Positions 51,701 to 64,000 of a DNA stretch of 64,000 nucleotides are shown in pieces. The position numbers were made by a program, and so were the translations under genes. Under the pieces are notes generated by a model. The model was not told the origin of the DNA, searched no databases, and saw nothing but the letters and a program-made list of their open reading frames with translations. Each line of letters opens with the position of its first letter. Within the stretch, counting starts at the first letter, position 1. Source of the stretch: Octopus vulgaris (lineage: Eukaryota); NCBI GenBank assembly GCA_951406725.2, contig OX597837.1, positions 23,622,001 to 23,686,000 of the forward strand. The letters are read 5' to 3'.

Positions 51701-54700
51701 TCCTTTGCCATACCTTCAGGAAGAGTCAGAAGGATTTGACTCCTTTGCCATACCTTCGGAAAGAGTCAGAAGGATTTGACTCCTTTGCCACTCCTTTGCC
51801 ATCCTTCAGAAAGTCAGAAGGATTTGACTCCTTTGCCATACCTTCAGAAGATCGACTCCTTTGCCTCCTCAGAAAGTCAGAAGGATTTGACTCCTTTGCC
51901 ATACCTTCAGGAAGAGTCAGAAGATTTGACTCCTTGCCATACCTTCAGAGAGTCAGGATTTGACTCCTTTGCCATACCTTCAGAAGGATTGACTCCTTTG
52001 CCATCCAAAGTCAGAAGGATTTGACTCCTTTGCCATACCTCATCAAGAAAGAGTCAGAAGGATTTGACTCCTTTGCCATACCTTCAGAAGAGTCAGAAAG
52101 AAAAGTTTGCTCCTTTGCCATTCTTCGAAAGAATCAGAAGGATTTGACTCCTTTCCATCCTTCAGAAGAGTCAGAAGGATTTGACTCCTTTGCCATACCT
52201 TCAGAAAGAGTCAGAAGGATTTGACTCCTTTGCCATACCTTCAGAAGAGTCAGAAGGATTTGACTCCTTTGCCATACCTTCAAAAAGAGTCAGAAGGATT
52301 TGACTCCTTTGCCATACCTTCAAAAGAGTCAGAAGGATTTGACTCCTTTGCCATACCTTCAAAAAGAGCCCTCAGAAGATCAGAAGGATTTGACTCCTTT
52401 GCCATACCTACAGAAAGAATCAGAAGGATTTGACTCCTTTGCCATACCTTCAGAAAGAGTCAGAAGGATTTGACTCCTTTGCCATTCCTTCAGAAAGAGT
52501 CAGAAGGATTTGACTCCTTTACCATACCTTCAGGAAGAGTCAGAAGGATTTGACTCCTTTGCCATTCCTTCAGAAAGAATCAGAAGGATTTGACTCCTTT
52601 GCCATACCTTCAAAAACAGTCAGAAGGATTTGACTCCTTTGCCATTCCTTCAAAAAGAGTCAGAAGGATTTGACTCCTTTGCCATACCTTCAAAAAGAGT
52701 CAGAAAGATTTGACTCCTTTGCCATACCTTCAAAAAGAGTCAGAAGGATTTGACTCCTTTGCCATACCTTCAGAAAGAGTCAGAAGGATTTGACTGCTTT
52801 GTCATACCTTCAAAAAGAGTCAGAAGGATTTGACTCCTTTGCCATACCTTCAAAAAGAGTCAGAAGGATTTGACTCCTTTGCCATACCTACAGAAAGAAT
52901 CAGAAGGATTTAACTCCTTTGCCATACCTACAGAAAGAATCAGAAGGATTTGACTCCTTTGCCATTCCTTCAGAAAGAATCTGAAGGATTTGACTCCTTT
53001 GCCATTCCTTCAAAAAGAGTCAGAAGGATTTGACTCCTTTGCCATACCTTCAAAAAGAGTCAGAAGGATTTGACTCCTTTGCCATACCTTCAAAAAGAGT
53101 CAGAAGGATTTGACTCCTTTGCCATACCTTCAAAAAGAGTCAGAAGGATTTGACTCCTTTGCCATTCCTTCAAAAAGAGTCAGAAGGATTTGACTCCTTT
53201 GCCATTCCTTCAGAAAGAGTCAGAAGGATTTGACTCCTTTGCCATACCTTCAGGAAGAGTCAGAAGGATTTGACTCCTTTGCCATACCTTCAAAAAGAGT
53301 CAGAAGTATTTGACTCCTTTGCCATACCTTCAGAAAGAGTCAGAAGGTTTTGACTCCTTTGCCATACCTTCAGGAAGAATCAGAAGGATTTGACTTCTTT
53401 GCCATGCCTTCAGAAAGAATCAGAAGGATTTGACTCCTTTGCCATTCCTTCAGAAAGAGTCAGAAGGATTTGACTCCTTTGCCATACCTTCAGAAAGAGT
53501 CAGAAGGATTTGACTCCTTTGCCATACCTTCAAAAAGAGTCAGAAGGATTTGACTCCTTTGCCATACCTTCAGGAAGAGTCAGAAGGATTTGACTCCTTT
53601 GCCATACCTTCAAAAAGAGTCAGAAGGATTTGACTCTTTTGCCATACCTACAGAAAGAGTCTGAAGGATTTGACTCCTTTGCCATACCTTCAGAAAGAGT
53701 CAGAAGGATTTGACTCCTTTGCCATACCTTCAAAAAGAGTCAGAAGGATTTGACTCCTTTGCCATACCTTCAGGAAGAGTCAGAAGGATTTGACTCCTTT
53801 GCCATACCTTCAAAAAGAGTCAGAAGGATTTGACTCCTTTGCCATACCTACAGAAAGAATCAGAAGGATTTGACTCCTTTGCCATACCTTCAGAAAGAGT
53901 CAGAAGGATTTGACTCCTTTGCCATTCCTTCAGAAAGAGTCAGAAGGATTTGACTCCTTTGCCATACCTTCAGGAAGAGTCAGAAGGATTTGACTCCTTT
54001 GCCATTCCTTCAGAAAGAATCAGAAGGATTTGACTCCTTTGCCATACCTTCAAAAACAGTCAGAAGGATTTGACTCCATTGCCATACCTTCAGAAAGAGT
54101 CAGAAGGATTTGACTCCTTTGCCATACCTTCAAAAAGAGTCAGAAGGATTTGACTCCTTTGCCATACCTTCAGGAAGAGTCAGAAGGATTTGACTCTTTT
54201 GCCATACCTTCAAAAAGAGTCAGAAGGATTTGACTCCTTTGCCATTCCTTCAGAAAGAGTCAGAAGGATTTGACTCCTTTGCCATACCTTCAAAAAGAGT
54301 CAGAAGGATTTGACTCCTTTGCCATACCTTCAGGAAGAGTCAGAAGGATTTGACTCCTTTGCCATACCTTCAGAAAGAGTCAGAAGGATTTGACTCCTTT
54401 GCCATACCTTCAAAAAGAATCAGAAGGATTTGACACCTTTGTCATACCTTCAAAAAGAATCAGAAGGATTTGACTCCTTTGCCATACCTTCAAAAAGAAT
54501 CAGAAGGACTTGACTCCTTTGCCATTCCTTCAGAAAGAGTCAGAAGGATTTGACTCCTTTGCCATACCTTCAAAAAGAATCGGAAGGATTTTACTCCTTT
54601 GCCATACCTACAGAAAGAGTCAGAAATGGTTGTTGGAGAACTTCTATGATTTTACCAGCCCAATTGTAATCCCATGGATTGCTATGTGTGCAGTGAGGTT

Positions 54701-54966
54701 GAGAAAGACCTCAACTGCTCTGTCTGCAACATCAACACTGAGCTGGTGGTTAAGGTCTCACCAGGGACTCATTAAAGAATTCATGCACCAGGTTCTGGAG
54801 CCATTCCGAGGCCATGGTGGAGGCTGAGGGAAACTACTTTGAGTAAACTGTTACCTCCCAGTCGTAATCTAGTTGATATTTATTGATTTTTAAAAAACTT
54901 TTTGGATTGGATATTGTGTTTGTTTTTCCATTTATACAAACAGTCAAATTCAGCCTGAACACCCTA
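48702..54966 (+). pseudogene. maT/DD37D-like Tc1-mariner transposase relic interrupted by a satellite
   Basis: Left flank HAFEQGLMLNSDDYVKLLETVV..PWLVRVAVGR..VLQLDLTP; right flank CHTYRKSQKWLLENFYDFTSP..NCNPMDCYV..EVEK..CTRFWSHSEAMVEAEGNYFE*; TIR-like end cctgaacaccct at ~54965. Confidence 0.8.
48937..54625. repeat. 40-bp tandem satellite, ~140 copies
   Basis: Monomer ggatttgactcctttgccat(a/t)ccttca(a/g)aaaga(g/a)tcagaa. Confidence 0.98.
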
Positions 54967-55047
54967 TTCATAAAAATATACAAACTTCCATGAACTTCAT
55001 ATCTATGTTACAACATGAGGCTACATATTAAATAAGGAACAAAAAAA

Positions 55048-55330
55048 GACCCCCCTCCTTTGGTCCTGAATGACCATGGGATTGCACATCCAAAGCACAA
55101 GTCCAGGCAAGGTTGTTTATGGAGAACCAGCAGTCGCCCATGCTTACCAGTCTCTCCTCTCCATGCCATCAATGTTATCCAAGGGAGAGGCAAAGGCCAA
55201 TACAGCTTGGCACCAGTGATGTTGCAACTCATTTCTACAGCTGAGTGAACTGAAGCTATGTGAAATAAAGTTTCTTGCTCAAGAACACAACACACAGCCT
55301 GGTTCAGGAATCAAACTCACTACCTCATGG
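55048..55330 (-). mobile_element. SINE family E
   Basis: Reverse complement matches 38396-38726. Confidence 0.8.
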
Positions 55331-55424
55331 AGAAGGTAAAATATATGTGGCTGTTAGTGCTTTTGACTTTGTGGTGTACTGGAGATGAAATGGATAACTA
55401 CTGGTGCCTTGTACATTATTACAT

Positions 55425-55568
55425 TATTTACATTTGAGTGATATTTGTCCTCATCTTGTTTGTTGTTAACATGTTTTGACTGATATACCCTCCAGCCTTC
55501 ATCAGGAGTCTTGGGGAAATTTCAAACCTGGGTTCTCATTCCTAAAGTATTTTTCAATGTTGTTTTTG

Positions 55569-55605
<37 letters not shown>

Positions 55606-55768
55606 CATCATCATTATTATTCAGCTCACTGCCTGGAATCGAACTTGGAATCTTGGGGTTAGTAGCCTGCGCTCTTAACCACTACACCATATGCTGTGGC
55701 ATAGTGGTTAAGAGCATGGGCTACTAACCCCAAGATTCCGAGTTCGATTCCAGGCAGTGACCTGAATA
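55425..55768. mobile_element. Element with decayed hammerhead motif and palindromic tRNA-like head
   Basis: Minus ctgatgaaggctg..cagtcaaaac (55505-55470); inverted pair of tRNA-like heads 55620-55768. Confidence 0.6.
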
Positions 55769-57143
55769 TAATCCAAATTACTTTATCCCACACAGACTAC
55801 CATTTTATAAGATGAGATCTGGCTGCTATTTCTAGCATGTAGGAACCTCATTCATTGGCTTGCAATGAGTCAGTTGTAGTTGATTGGTCAATTCTGTTTC
55901 TCTTGATTTGGAGCAAGGATGTAACAACAACTGAAAATGTAAGAAGCAGCAATGTGGAAGTCTTCTACTCAAGTCTGTCTTGGAGACTCAACACCACATG
56001 CTATGCTCTATTACACAAGGCTTTAGCAACCCTCTGGGTTACAAAAACACTTTCCATTGATTATGTTAAATTGCAAAATTCAATGACAGCAGAAGAAAAG
56101 GGGGGGGGAAAGCCAACAAAAGATAAAAACAAATTTGTAAAAAAAAAAATGGATGAGAAAGGGTTTATATGGCTTGGAGAAAACTTGGAACATATTGGAT
56201 AATACTCTGGAGGGTAGAATAAGTTCCAAGGACATGTTTGTACCAAGTTCAGTCAATTGAGAGATTAAAGTTAAAAGGACATGAAAAAATTAAAATAGAA
56301 GTCGTTTTAGCTTTTTGCAATGAAGAATTAAAAAAATTAAAAAGGTCCTTTTGGTTAAGAAGAAGAAATAAATTTACTAAGTGCCAAAACGAAAAAAAAA
56401 TAAATGGTAAATCGAAATAAGAACATTAAGACGAAACAAATAACCTCTCGCTGTCCCTAAAGATAAAGATTTTTTAAATCTACAAAAATAATTCTGATTC
56501 CTATGATTGTTTTTTGTAAATTAAATTTATTATTGTTGGTTTTTTTTTGTTTCTTTTCAGAGAGAACTCTTCTTGTGAGGTGATAAAGGTCAGTAAAGAT
56601 GTCACATATGAATATTATCATTAACTTAGATTGGCCTTATCTAAACAGAATTTCCCATTTTATATCTGATAGCTGTGTTTATTTTCTCTATCTATAAATA
56701 TAACCACCGAGATGCAAGCAAATGTATACACACGTGCACTGCACAGTATGTATATGTATATATTTACGAATACGCGTATATGCGTGTGTTTGTGCATGCA
56801 TGTACATAGTGGAAAAAAATCCATACCAGTTACTTACCATAAAACATTTTAATACGCTCTCTAAAAACACTATAAAACTATATCAATTTATGAATTCATA
56901 TCGAAAAGTTATTTTTTTCCCCTTTTTCTTTTGGAGAAAATTTAATCCCATTTAACTACATTTTTTTAACCCTTCACTTTTCGTCTTTCCCTCCTTCATA
57001 TATTGATATATATATATATATATATATATATTTTATTCGTGTTTATCTTATCTTCTTGTTCATTCAACTATAACTTCAATCGTTTTTCTTTACCCCAGCC
57101 CCCCCACAAATGTTTTAATGAAAAGAAATACAACAACAACAAC

Positions 57144-57174
<31 letters not shown>

Positions 57175-57691
57175 GATACAAGAAAGGAAATACTACTAAC
57201 AGTAAAATCAAAAATAAAAAGCATAAGCAGCATAAATTATAAGAGCATTCAGAAAAATAGTTGTAGTGAATAAATAAACAGACAAATAAATAAATAAATA
57301 ATTATAATGATAATAATAATAATAATAATAATGATAATAATAATAATAACAACAACAACAAAACTAGATGCTGTAGCTTTCTGCTAGACATGATTTTTGT
57401 GAGTTGTTCAATTAATTATGCTTTGAAACGTGTCTTCCCTAGAGGAGAAGCTGACAGGAGCACACAAACTTCTGCACAAGGTTTCCACTCAGATCTCTGA
57501 AGATTTTTTTTGCCAGCAGTCAGACATGATTCCAATATACCAATAACAGAATTCCGAATGACGACTTCTCCCTACTCTGTTGTATCTGATGCATGCATGT
57601 GCATCACATATTGTACATATATTCTGGCTGTGAGAGAAGGACATGATGTTAGAGAGCTGATAAAACATGCAGTTATGTTTCTATGTGTGTA

Positions 57692-57729
<38 letters not shown>

Positions 57730-57730
<1 letters not shown>

Positions 57731-58175
57731 CATCATCGTTTAACGTCCGTTCTTCATGCTAGCATGGGTTGGACGGTTTGACTGTGGTCTGGGAAGCCAG
57801 AAGGCTGCACCAGGCTCCAGTCTGATCTGGCAGTGTTTCTACAGCTGGATGCCTTTCCTAATGCCAACCATTCCGTGAGTGTAGTGGGTGCTTTTTACGT
57901 GCCAGGCGAGGCTGGCAACGGCCACGATCGGATTGGTGCATTTTACGTACCACCGGTATGGAAGCCAGTCTAGGCGGCACTGGCATTGGCCACAATTTGG
58001 TTGGTGCTTTTTACGTGCCACCGGCACGGAAGCCAGTCTAGGCGGCGCTGGCATCTGCCACGTTCGGATGGTGCTTTTTACGTGCCACTGGCACAGGTAT
58101 CACAACTACTATTTCCATTTGATATTTATTTCGATGTTCATGTACTTGACTCGATAGGTCTCCTCAAGCACAGCA
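57730..58175 (-). mobile_element. Family C copy
   Basis: (cat)n cgtttaacgtccg... plus internal modules. Confidence 0.85.
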
Positions 58176-58573
58176 GGTTGTTCTGAAGTCCAAGGTATAT
58201 ATTATATATATGTTATATATATTATATATAGTTCAAATGTACAGAGGACAGAGACAGGTGAGGGAACAACAAGCAGGTGTTGGATGCTTGGAAAGAACGG
58301 AAAAGTGTTAGACGTTTCGAACCTATACTCTTCAATGTAATAATGTGTAGTTGCAAAATCCAAGGACCTAGATTTAGGAAAATAGTAAGCTTTGAGCTGT
58401 CCGTAGAAGGTATAGAAAACAACTTACAGGAACAATAATAGTTTATTAGAGAACAATAATATAGGAACAATAATAGTTTATTAGAGTAGAAGGTTGTAGG
58501 TTTTTCCCATATAGAAGTTGGATAAGTTAAGTTATTTTATAGTTCATGGTTAGTGTCCAGGGTGGCTAAGTAT

Positions 58574-58958
58574 TACTCTTTTACTTGTTTCAGTCATTTG
58601 ACTGTGGCCATGCTGGAGCACCGCCTTTAGTCGAGCAAATCGACCCCAGGACTTATTCTTTGTAAACCTAGTACTTATTCTATCGGCCCTTTTACCGAAC
58701 TGCTAAGTTATGGGAATGGAAACACACCAGCATCGGTTGTCAAGTGATGTTGGGGGGACAAACACAGACACAGAAACATATACACACATGTACATATATA
58801 TATACATATATACGACTGGCTTCTTTCAGTTTCCATCTACCAGATCCACTCACAAGGCTTTGGTCGGCCCAAGACACTTGCCCAAGGTGCGACGCAGTGA
58901 GACTGAACTAGGAACCATGTGGTTGGTAAGCAAGCTACTTACCACACAGCCATTCCTC
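58574..58958 (-). mobile_element. SINE family A
   Basis: Homology to other copies. Confidence 0.85.
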
Positions 58959-59464
58959 AATATATACTATTATAACAGTGTTCTTTTACAGGGGAAAATG
59001 ATCCAAAACCATATTTGTTCAGTCAAGCAAGAATGATTTTACACATGTCAAAATTTGAGTTCTTCCTGCTTGTGAGAGCTACAGTGGGACTGAACCTGAA
59101 ACCACATGCTTGAGAGATGACCGTCTTAACCATGCATCCATATAGACAGGGAAAACACTGAATTAAAGGTGTGTGTAGGTAGTACGATCACAACTCCCTG
59201 AATGACAGGGTTAATGAAGTGGCAAAGGGTTTGGGGGTTAATTTTGATCTGAGGAGTACAAGAAAAATCTGAATCTTGAAGGACAGCTGCAAGAGACACC
59301 TTGGAACTGAAAACTGATAGAACAGGACAAAATGTAGAATGGGAAGGGTGGGTGGGAATAAGATCTGTCTACTCGGTATCTGCATGGAACAGTAGTCATA
59401 AATAAATAGATGTTGGTTGGACGTGTGTAAAGTTTATGCTAATGTCACTTCTTCTCAAAAATAC

Positions 59465-59697
59465 TCTTCTCTCTTTCTTTCCTTCTCTCCCTCTGTCTGT
59501 CTGTCTGTCTCTCTTTCTCTCTCTGTCTCTGTATGTCTGTCTCTTTCTCTCTCTGTCTCTCTCTCTCTCTCTGTCTCTCTCTCTCTCTGTGTCTCTGTAT
59601 GTCTGTCTGTCTCTCTCTCTCTCTGTCTCTGTATGTCTGTCTGTCTCTCTGTCTCTCTCTGTCTCTCTGTCTCTCTCTGTCTCTGTCTGTCCGTCTG

Positions 59698-59760
<63 letters not shown>

Positions 59761-59866
59761 GTATGTCTGTCTGTCTGTCTCTCTCTCTCTGTATGTCTGT
59801 CTGTCTGTCTCTCTGTTTCTCTCTCTCTCTCTCTGTTTCTTTCTCTCTCTCTCTCTCTCTCTCTCT
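59465..59866. repeat. (CT)n/(CTGT)n polypyrimidine microsatellite
   Basis: Direct. Confidence 0.95.
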
Positions 59867-60534
59867 GAATTAGTAAGCAATATAGTTCAGGAAGTTTCAT
59901 GAATTGGTTTTTGGTTTTTCTTCTTGATTTTGCTTTTATTTTTGTTGTTTTGATTTTGCTTTTATCCTTGTCAGTTCTGAAGACTTTGGTTCCTGTAACA
60001 GTCTTTGGTCTCTGGCGTCTTAAACGGATGGCATGTATGTTGCTGTTGTTGTTGTTGTTGTTGCTTCTTCAGACGTTGATGTTGTGTTGTGTCCATTGTT
60101 CTTTTGTCTGGTGATTGACGACAGCAGAGAACTAACAGCAGAGTGTTTCATAATACAGACACCAGTCATAACTCAACAACCTTTTAGTCAATAAGCAAGG
60201 TGAAGGGGAGTTAGAGTGGAGTGGCATAGTGGTCAGTCAAATTGCAGTATAATCTTTTATCTTTTACTTGTTTCAGTCATTGGACTGTGGCCATGCTGGG
60301 GCATTGTCTTGAAGGATTTATATTGGTGTGCAATGGACAGAAATTAGTACATTTCAACAGAAATGCCCTCCAGTATTTGTAGTCATTTGAGTTATTTCTT
60401 CTCTATGTCAGCATTACAATTTATATTCTGCAAAAATCTTGAAATAGGTACCAGACAAAATATTGAAGTGGGGAGACAATTATAACCAAATAAAACTATT
60501 GAAAGACAGTTCGCCTGTGTCACCGATGTCCAAA

Positions 60535-61505
60535 TATTGGTTTCAAATTTTGGCACAAGGCCAGCAACTTCAAAGGAGGGAGTAAGTCGATTACATTGGC
60601 GGCGAGCTGGCAGAAATGTTAGCACGCCAGGCAAAATGCGTAGTCGTATTTCGTCTGCCGTTACGTTCTGAGTTCAAATTCTGCCGAGGTCGACTTTGCC
60701 TTTCATCCTTTCAGGGTCGATTAGATAAGTACCAGTTACGCACTGGGGTTGATGTAATCGACTTAATCCGTTTGTCTGTCCTTGTTTGTCCCCTCTGTGT
60801 TTAGCCCCTTGTGAGTAGTAAAGAAATAGATTACATTGACTGCTGTGCTCAACTGGTACTTACTTTATTGACCCTGAAACAATAAAAGGTGAAGTTGACT
60901 CAGCAGATTTTGAACTCAGAATGTAAAGACGGACGGAAATGCCACTAAGCATTTTGCCTGGCATGCTAACGATTCTGCCATCTCACTGCCTTAAATAATA
61001 ATAATGGTAATAATACTAATAATAGCAATAATAATAATAATCCTTTCTACTATAGGCACAAAAGGCTGAAAATTTGGGGCAGAGGGCTAGTTGATTACAT
61101 TTACCCCAGTTTGTAACTGGTACTTATTTCATCGATCCCTAAAGGATGAAAAGCAAAATTGACCTCAGCAGAATTTGAACTCAGAACATAAAGACGGACA
61201 GAAATGCTGCTGAGCATTCGCCTGGCATGCTAATGATTCTGCCAGCTCACTGTTGCATAATTCTGCCAGCTCACTGTTGCATAATGTAGTTGCATAATTT
61301 CAAATTTTGACACAAAGCCAGAAATTTAGGGGTAGAGGGTAAGCTGATTACATTAACCCCAATACTCAACTAGTATTTATTTTATCAACCCGAAAGGATA
61401 AAATGCGAAGTCGACCTCAGCAGAATTTGAACTCAGAATGTAGAGCTGGGTGAAATGCTGCTAAGCATTTTGCCTGGCATGCTTATGTTTCTGCCAGCTC
61501 ACCAC
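60535..61505. mobile_element. Young family B copy (60598-60829, +) nested in a cluster of older minus-strand B-related SINEs
   Basis: TSD-like gattacattg on both sides of the young copy. Confidence 0.8.
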
Positions 61506-62364
61506 CTTAACCCTTAAGTGTTCAAATTACTCTTTCAAATGTAAAGCTTATTCATTAATATTGTCTCTATGTCTGTCTGTCATGTATTGTCTCATAGCTT
61601 TGAAATTTTAATGATATTATTACCAATTTTTAGGGTGACATTGTAGGGTAGGTGTGAGAGGCTAGACCTGGCCAGCTTGAACTTAAAACAAGAGGCATAT
61701 TTGGGCCAGATATGACTTGTTTAAATTCCAAAGGGTCAAACCAATGTCCAAATATTGAAATCACTTATAGAAGTAAAAGAAGAATTAGATAATAATAATA
61801 GTTGTTATGAGTCTCTGTCATGGCAAGTGTTTTGCCATAGCCAGCCAATGCGATTTAGTTTCACCATTTCGAAAGACCAATGTTGTGAGGAAGTTAAACT
61901 GATAAAACTATCATCAGTATATTGTTGTCATTAACCTTAGGTATGCAGGTATTTTGAAAATACCTCATGGAGTGATGATTGTGCCCTGCATAGTTGAGGG
62001 CTGCCCTTTGGCAAGGTATAGTACCTGTCCAGCCACGCTGCCTGGGATATAGGGAGATCATGGGATTGCAGCATGGTGGATTGAAAAGCAATAGAAGAGC
62101 TCAGCTGAGCCAGCAGTGCTTCTTACATTGATGCTCAGGCGGAGGAATACTAGAAGATTGTCAGAATCACTAAGCTCTATCAAGTGAGTAACTGTGACAC
62201 ATCCATATGGGCAGCATGCATGGTTGTGTAATGAAAGATTCATTGTGATTCAAGCTCCCAATCAAATTCCTAATAATGGAATCGGATGGCGACAGAGAGT
62301 CCTGTGAATCTGTGAAAGCAGTGAAAAAAAAAAGCCTCAGGAAAATCTTGGTCAAACAAATCTA

Positions 62365-62540
62365 TACCTTACTTACTTAGGATACCTAATCCTCAAAGGA
62401 AAAGCCATTTTGCCCATCATCTAGATCCATCGTTGCAATTTTCTTTTCATGGATAGAACCCAATCCTGTGTCCTCCTTCAGGTTGTTGATAAATGTCAGG
62501 CAAACTGTCCCATGCTTGTTGTCAAGTGGTGGTGCCTGAC
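62365..62540 (-). pseudogene. RTE/RTEX-like LINE 3' fragment
   Basis: KHGTVCLTFINNLKEDTGLGSIHEKKIATMD resembles the ORF2 end motif TxIDxLxxDTGL...MxDR; (taag)n tail. Confidence 0.5.
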
Positions 62541-64000
62541 CCAAACAAGCAAGAAAAGGTGAGCATCAAAACAATGATGATGCTTGTCATCATCATTTAA
62601 CATCCACATTGCCAATGTTGGTGCCACTTAGAAACCATCCAGTCCACACTGTAAAGTGGTTGGCATTTGGAAGGGCATCCAGCTGTTAAAAACCATGCCA
62701 AAACTGACCTCACCTGTCCTGGTGCCACATAAAAAGCACTTAGCTCTCTCAGCAGGGTGGTTGGTGCTAGGAAGGGCATCCAGCCATAAAAACCATGCCA
62801 AAACAGACACAGAAGCATGGCACAGGCTCCTGTCAAGCCATCCAACTCATGCCAGCATAGAAGGAAGATGTTAAACAATGATGATGTTCCATATTGGCAT
62901 AGGTTGGATGGTTGGACATGACCCAAGGACTGCATTGCACTCCAGTGTCTAATCTGGCTTGGTTTCTGACAGTTGGATGCCTTTCCTAATACCAACCACT
63001 TCACAGACTGTCCTGGGTGCATTTTACATGGTACCAGCATTTGTGAGGTCACCGTGCCACACCCAAGACTACGGAACCTGAGATGAGAAAGGGTAGCTTT
63101 ATGCTTGGAGATGGTTAAGGTATGAGAGAAGTGGGTGGGGCATAGGTTTTTGTTGTAGGAGCCACATAGCTACTCACATTTCGAGGAGGGAGTGAGACAG
63201 AATCAGAAATAATTATAAAGAGATAAATAATAGTGTTGGGGTATCTTGGTGGCCCCTCAAAGTGAGAATCACTATTTTTGTAATCTTTATGTCCTGTTTG
63301 TTTCGGCATTAGGACACCCAGTTGCTCAGACAACCGGCACATACCATTTCACCAGCAACAGTGGGAGTACAGGATGACAGTCAGCCAAAACCATCACTAT
63401 GCTGTCTCTCTTCTTTCCTCTCTCTGTGGGGTTAATAATCTTAATCTTTAGTTACAGTTTCTCATTCAAACTACATAATAGGCAGAATTGTCGGATTAAG
63501 ACAGTAGGGTGTTTGAAGGAGATTTGGCAAAAGTGGGTGGGGACAGAGAGAGTAAGAGAGTAAGTGGGTGGGTATTTGCTAGAGTGAATTGTGTTACTTG
63601 TAGTAGTAGTAATTGTAGTAGAGGTAGTAGTTGTAGAAGCCATCTTAGTGATTTTGGTGGTGGTGGTTGTTCAAGTAGTAATAGTACCAATAAGTGCATC
63701 TACAGGAAGGTATGAATAGTGAAGTTGTAGCAGAACTGAATTGTCCAGCTGTGACTATCTTGTGTGTGTGTGTGTATGTTTATGTATGTGTATATGTATA
63801 TATGTAGGCATATGTATGTGTGTGTGTGTGTATGTACACACACACATGCATATATACACACACACAGATACATATATATATGTCGACACAAATAAATCAA
63901 GATGTTTGAGGTCAATAGGTTTGTTTTTGATAAATAAAAGTGAGAATCAATAGGTTTGTTAAGTGTAACGAGATTTTTGTTGGATGTGTTGAAGTTGTTG

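Noticed and set aside
50730-52380. Apparently diverged core of the satellite
   Set aside because: Dominated by small indels and truncated units, more consistent with poorly polished long-read consensus than real divergence; not interpretable without reads.
48937-54625. CRISPR-like array (regular, partly palindromic 40-bp repeat)
   Set aside because: Units are directly adjacent with no unique spacers, no cas genes are present and the context is eukaryotic.
50181-54827. ORFs in the satellite (KESEGFDSFAIPS...)
   Set aside because: 40 is not a multiple of 3 and stops recur; the ORFs arise from indels in the array.
55693-55762. Functional tRNA gene
   Set aside because: A/B boxes are present but the acceptor stem is not convincing and it is half of a palindromic repeat; treated as a tRNA-derived head.
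59417-59902. RE-rich and SL-rich ORFs
   Set aside because: Translation of (CT)n/(CTGT)n microsatellite.

Overview
AT-rich eukaryotic genomic DNA dominated by repeats. The SINE families, (TA)n/(TG)n/(CAT)n microsatellites and TE landscape suggest an octopus (cephalopod) genome; this is an inference from recognition, not a database match. No intact protein-coding gene can be supported, and almost all listed ORFs are translations of microsatellites or SINEs. The window holds at least five SINE-like families (my labels A-E), four decayed mariner transposase remnants, several 3' LINE fragments (RTE-like, CR1/L2-like), TTAA-, hAT- and Tc1-type MITEs, minisatellites and many fold-back elements. Three observations stand out. 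(1) A ~5.7 kb array of a 40-bp monomer (48937-54625) is an amplification of the catalytic-Asp-encoding segment of the maT/DD37D-like transposase relic that flanks it on both sides. (2) Fold-back elements carry hammerhead-ribozyme cores, best at 32222-32284, and one is linked to a palindromic tRNA-like head. (3) SINEs are modular, with swapped tails and a tail shared with a LINE present in the window. Repeat boundaries are approximate.
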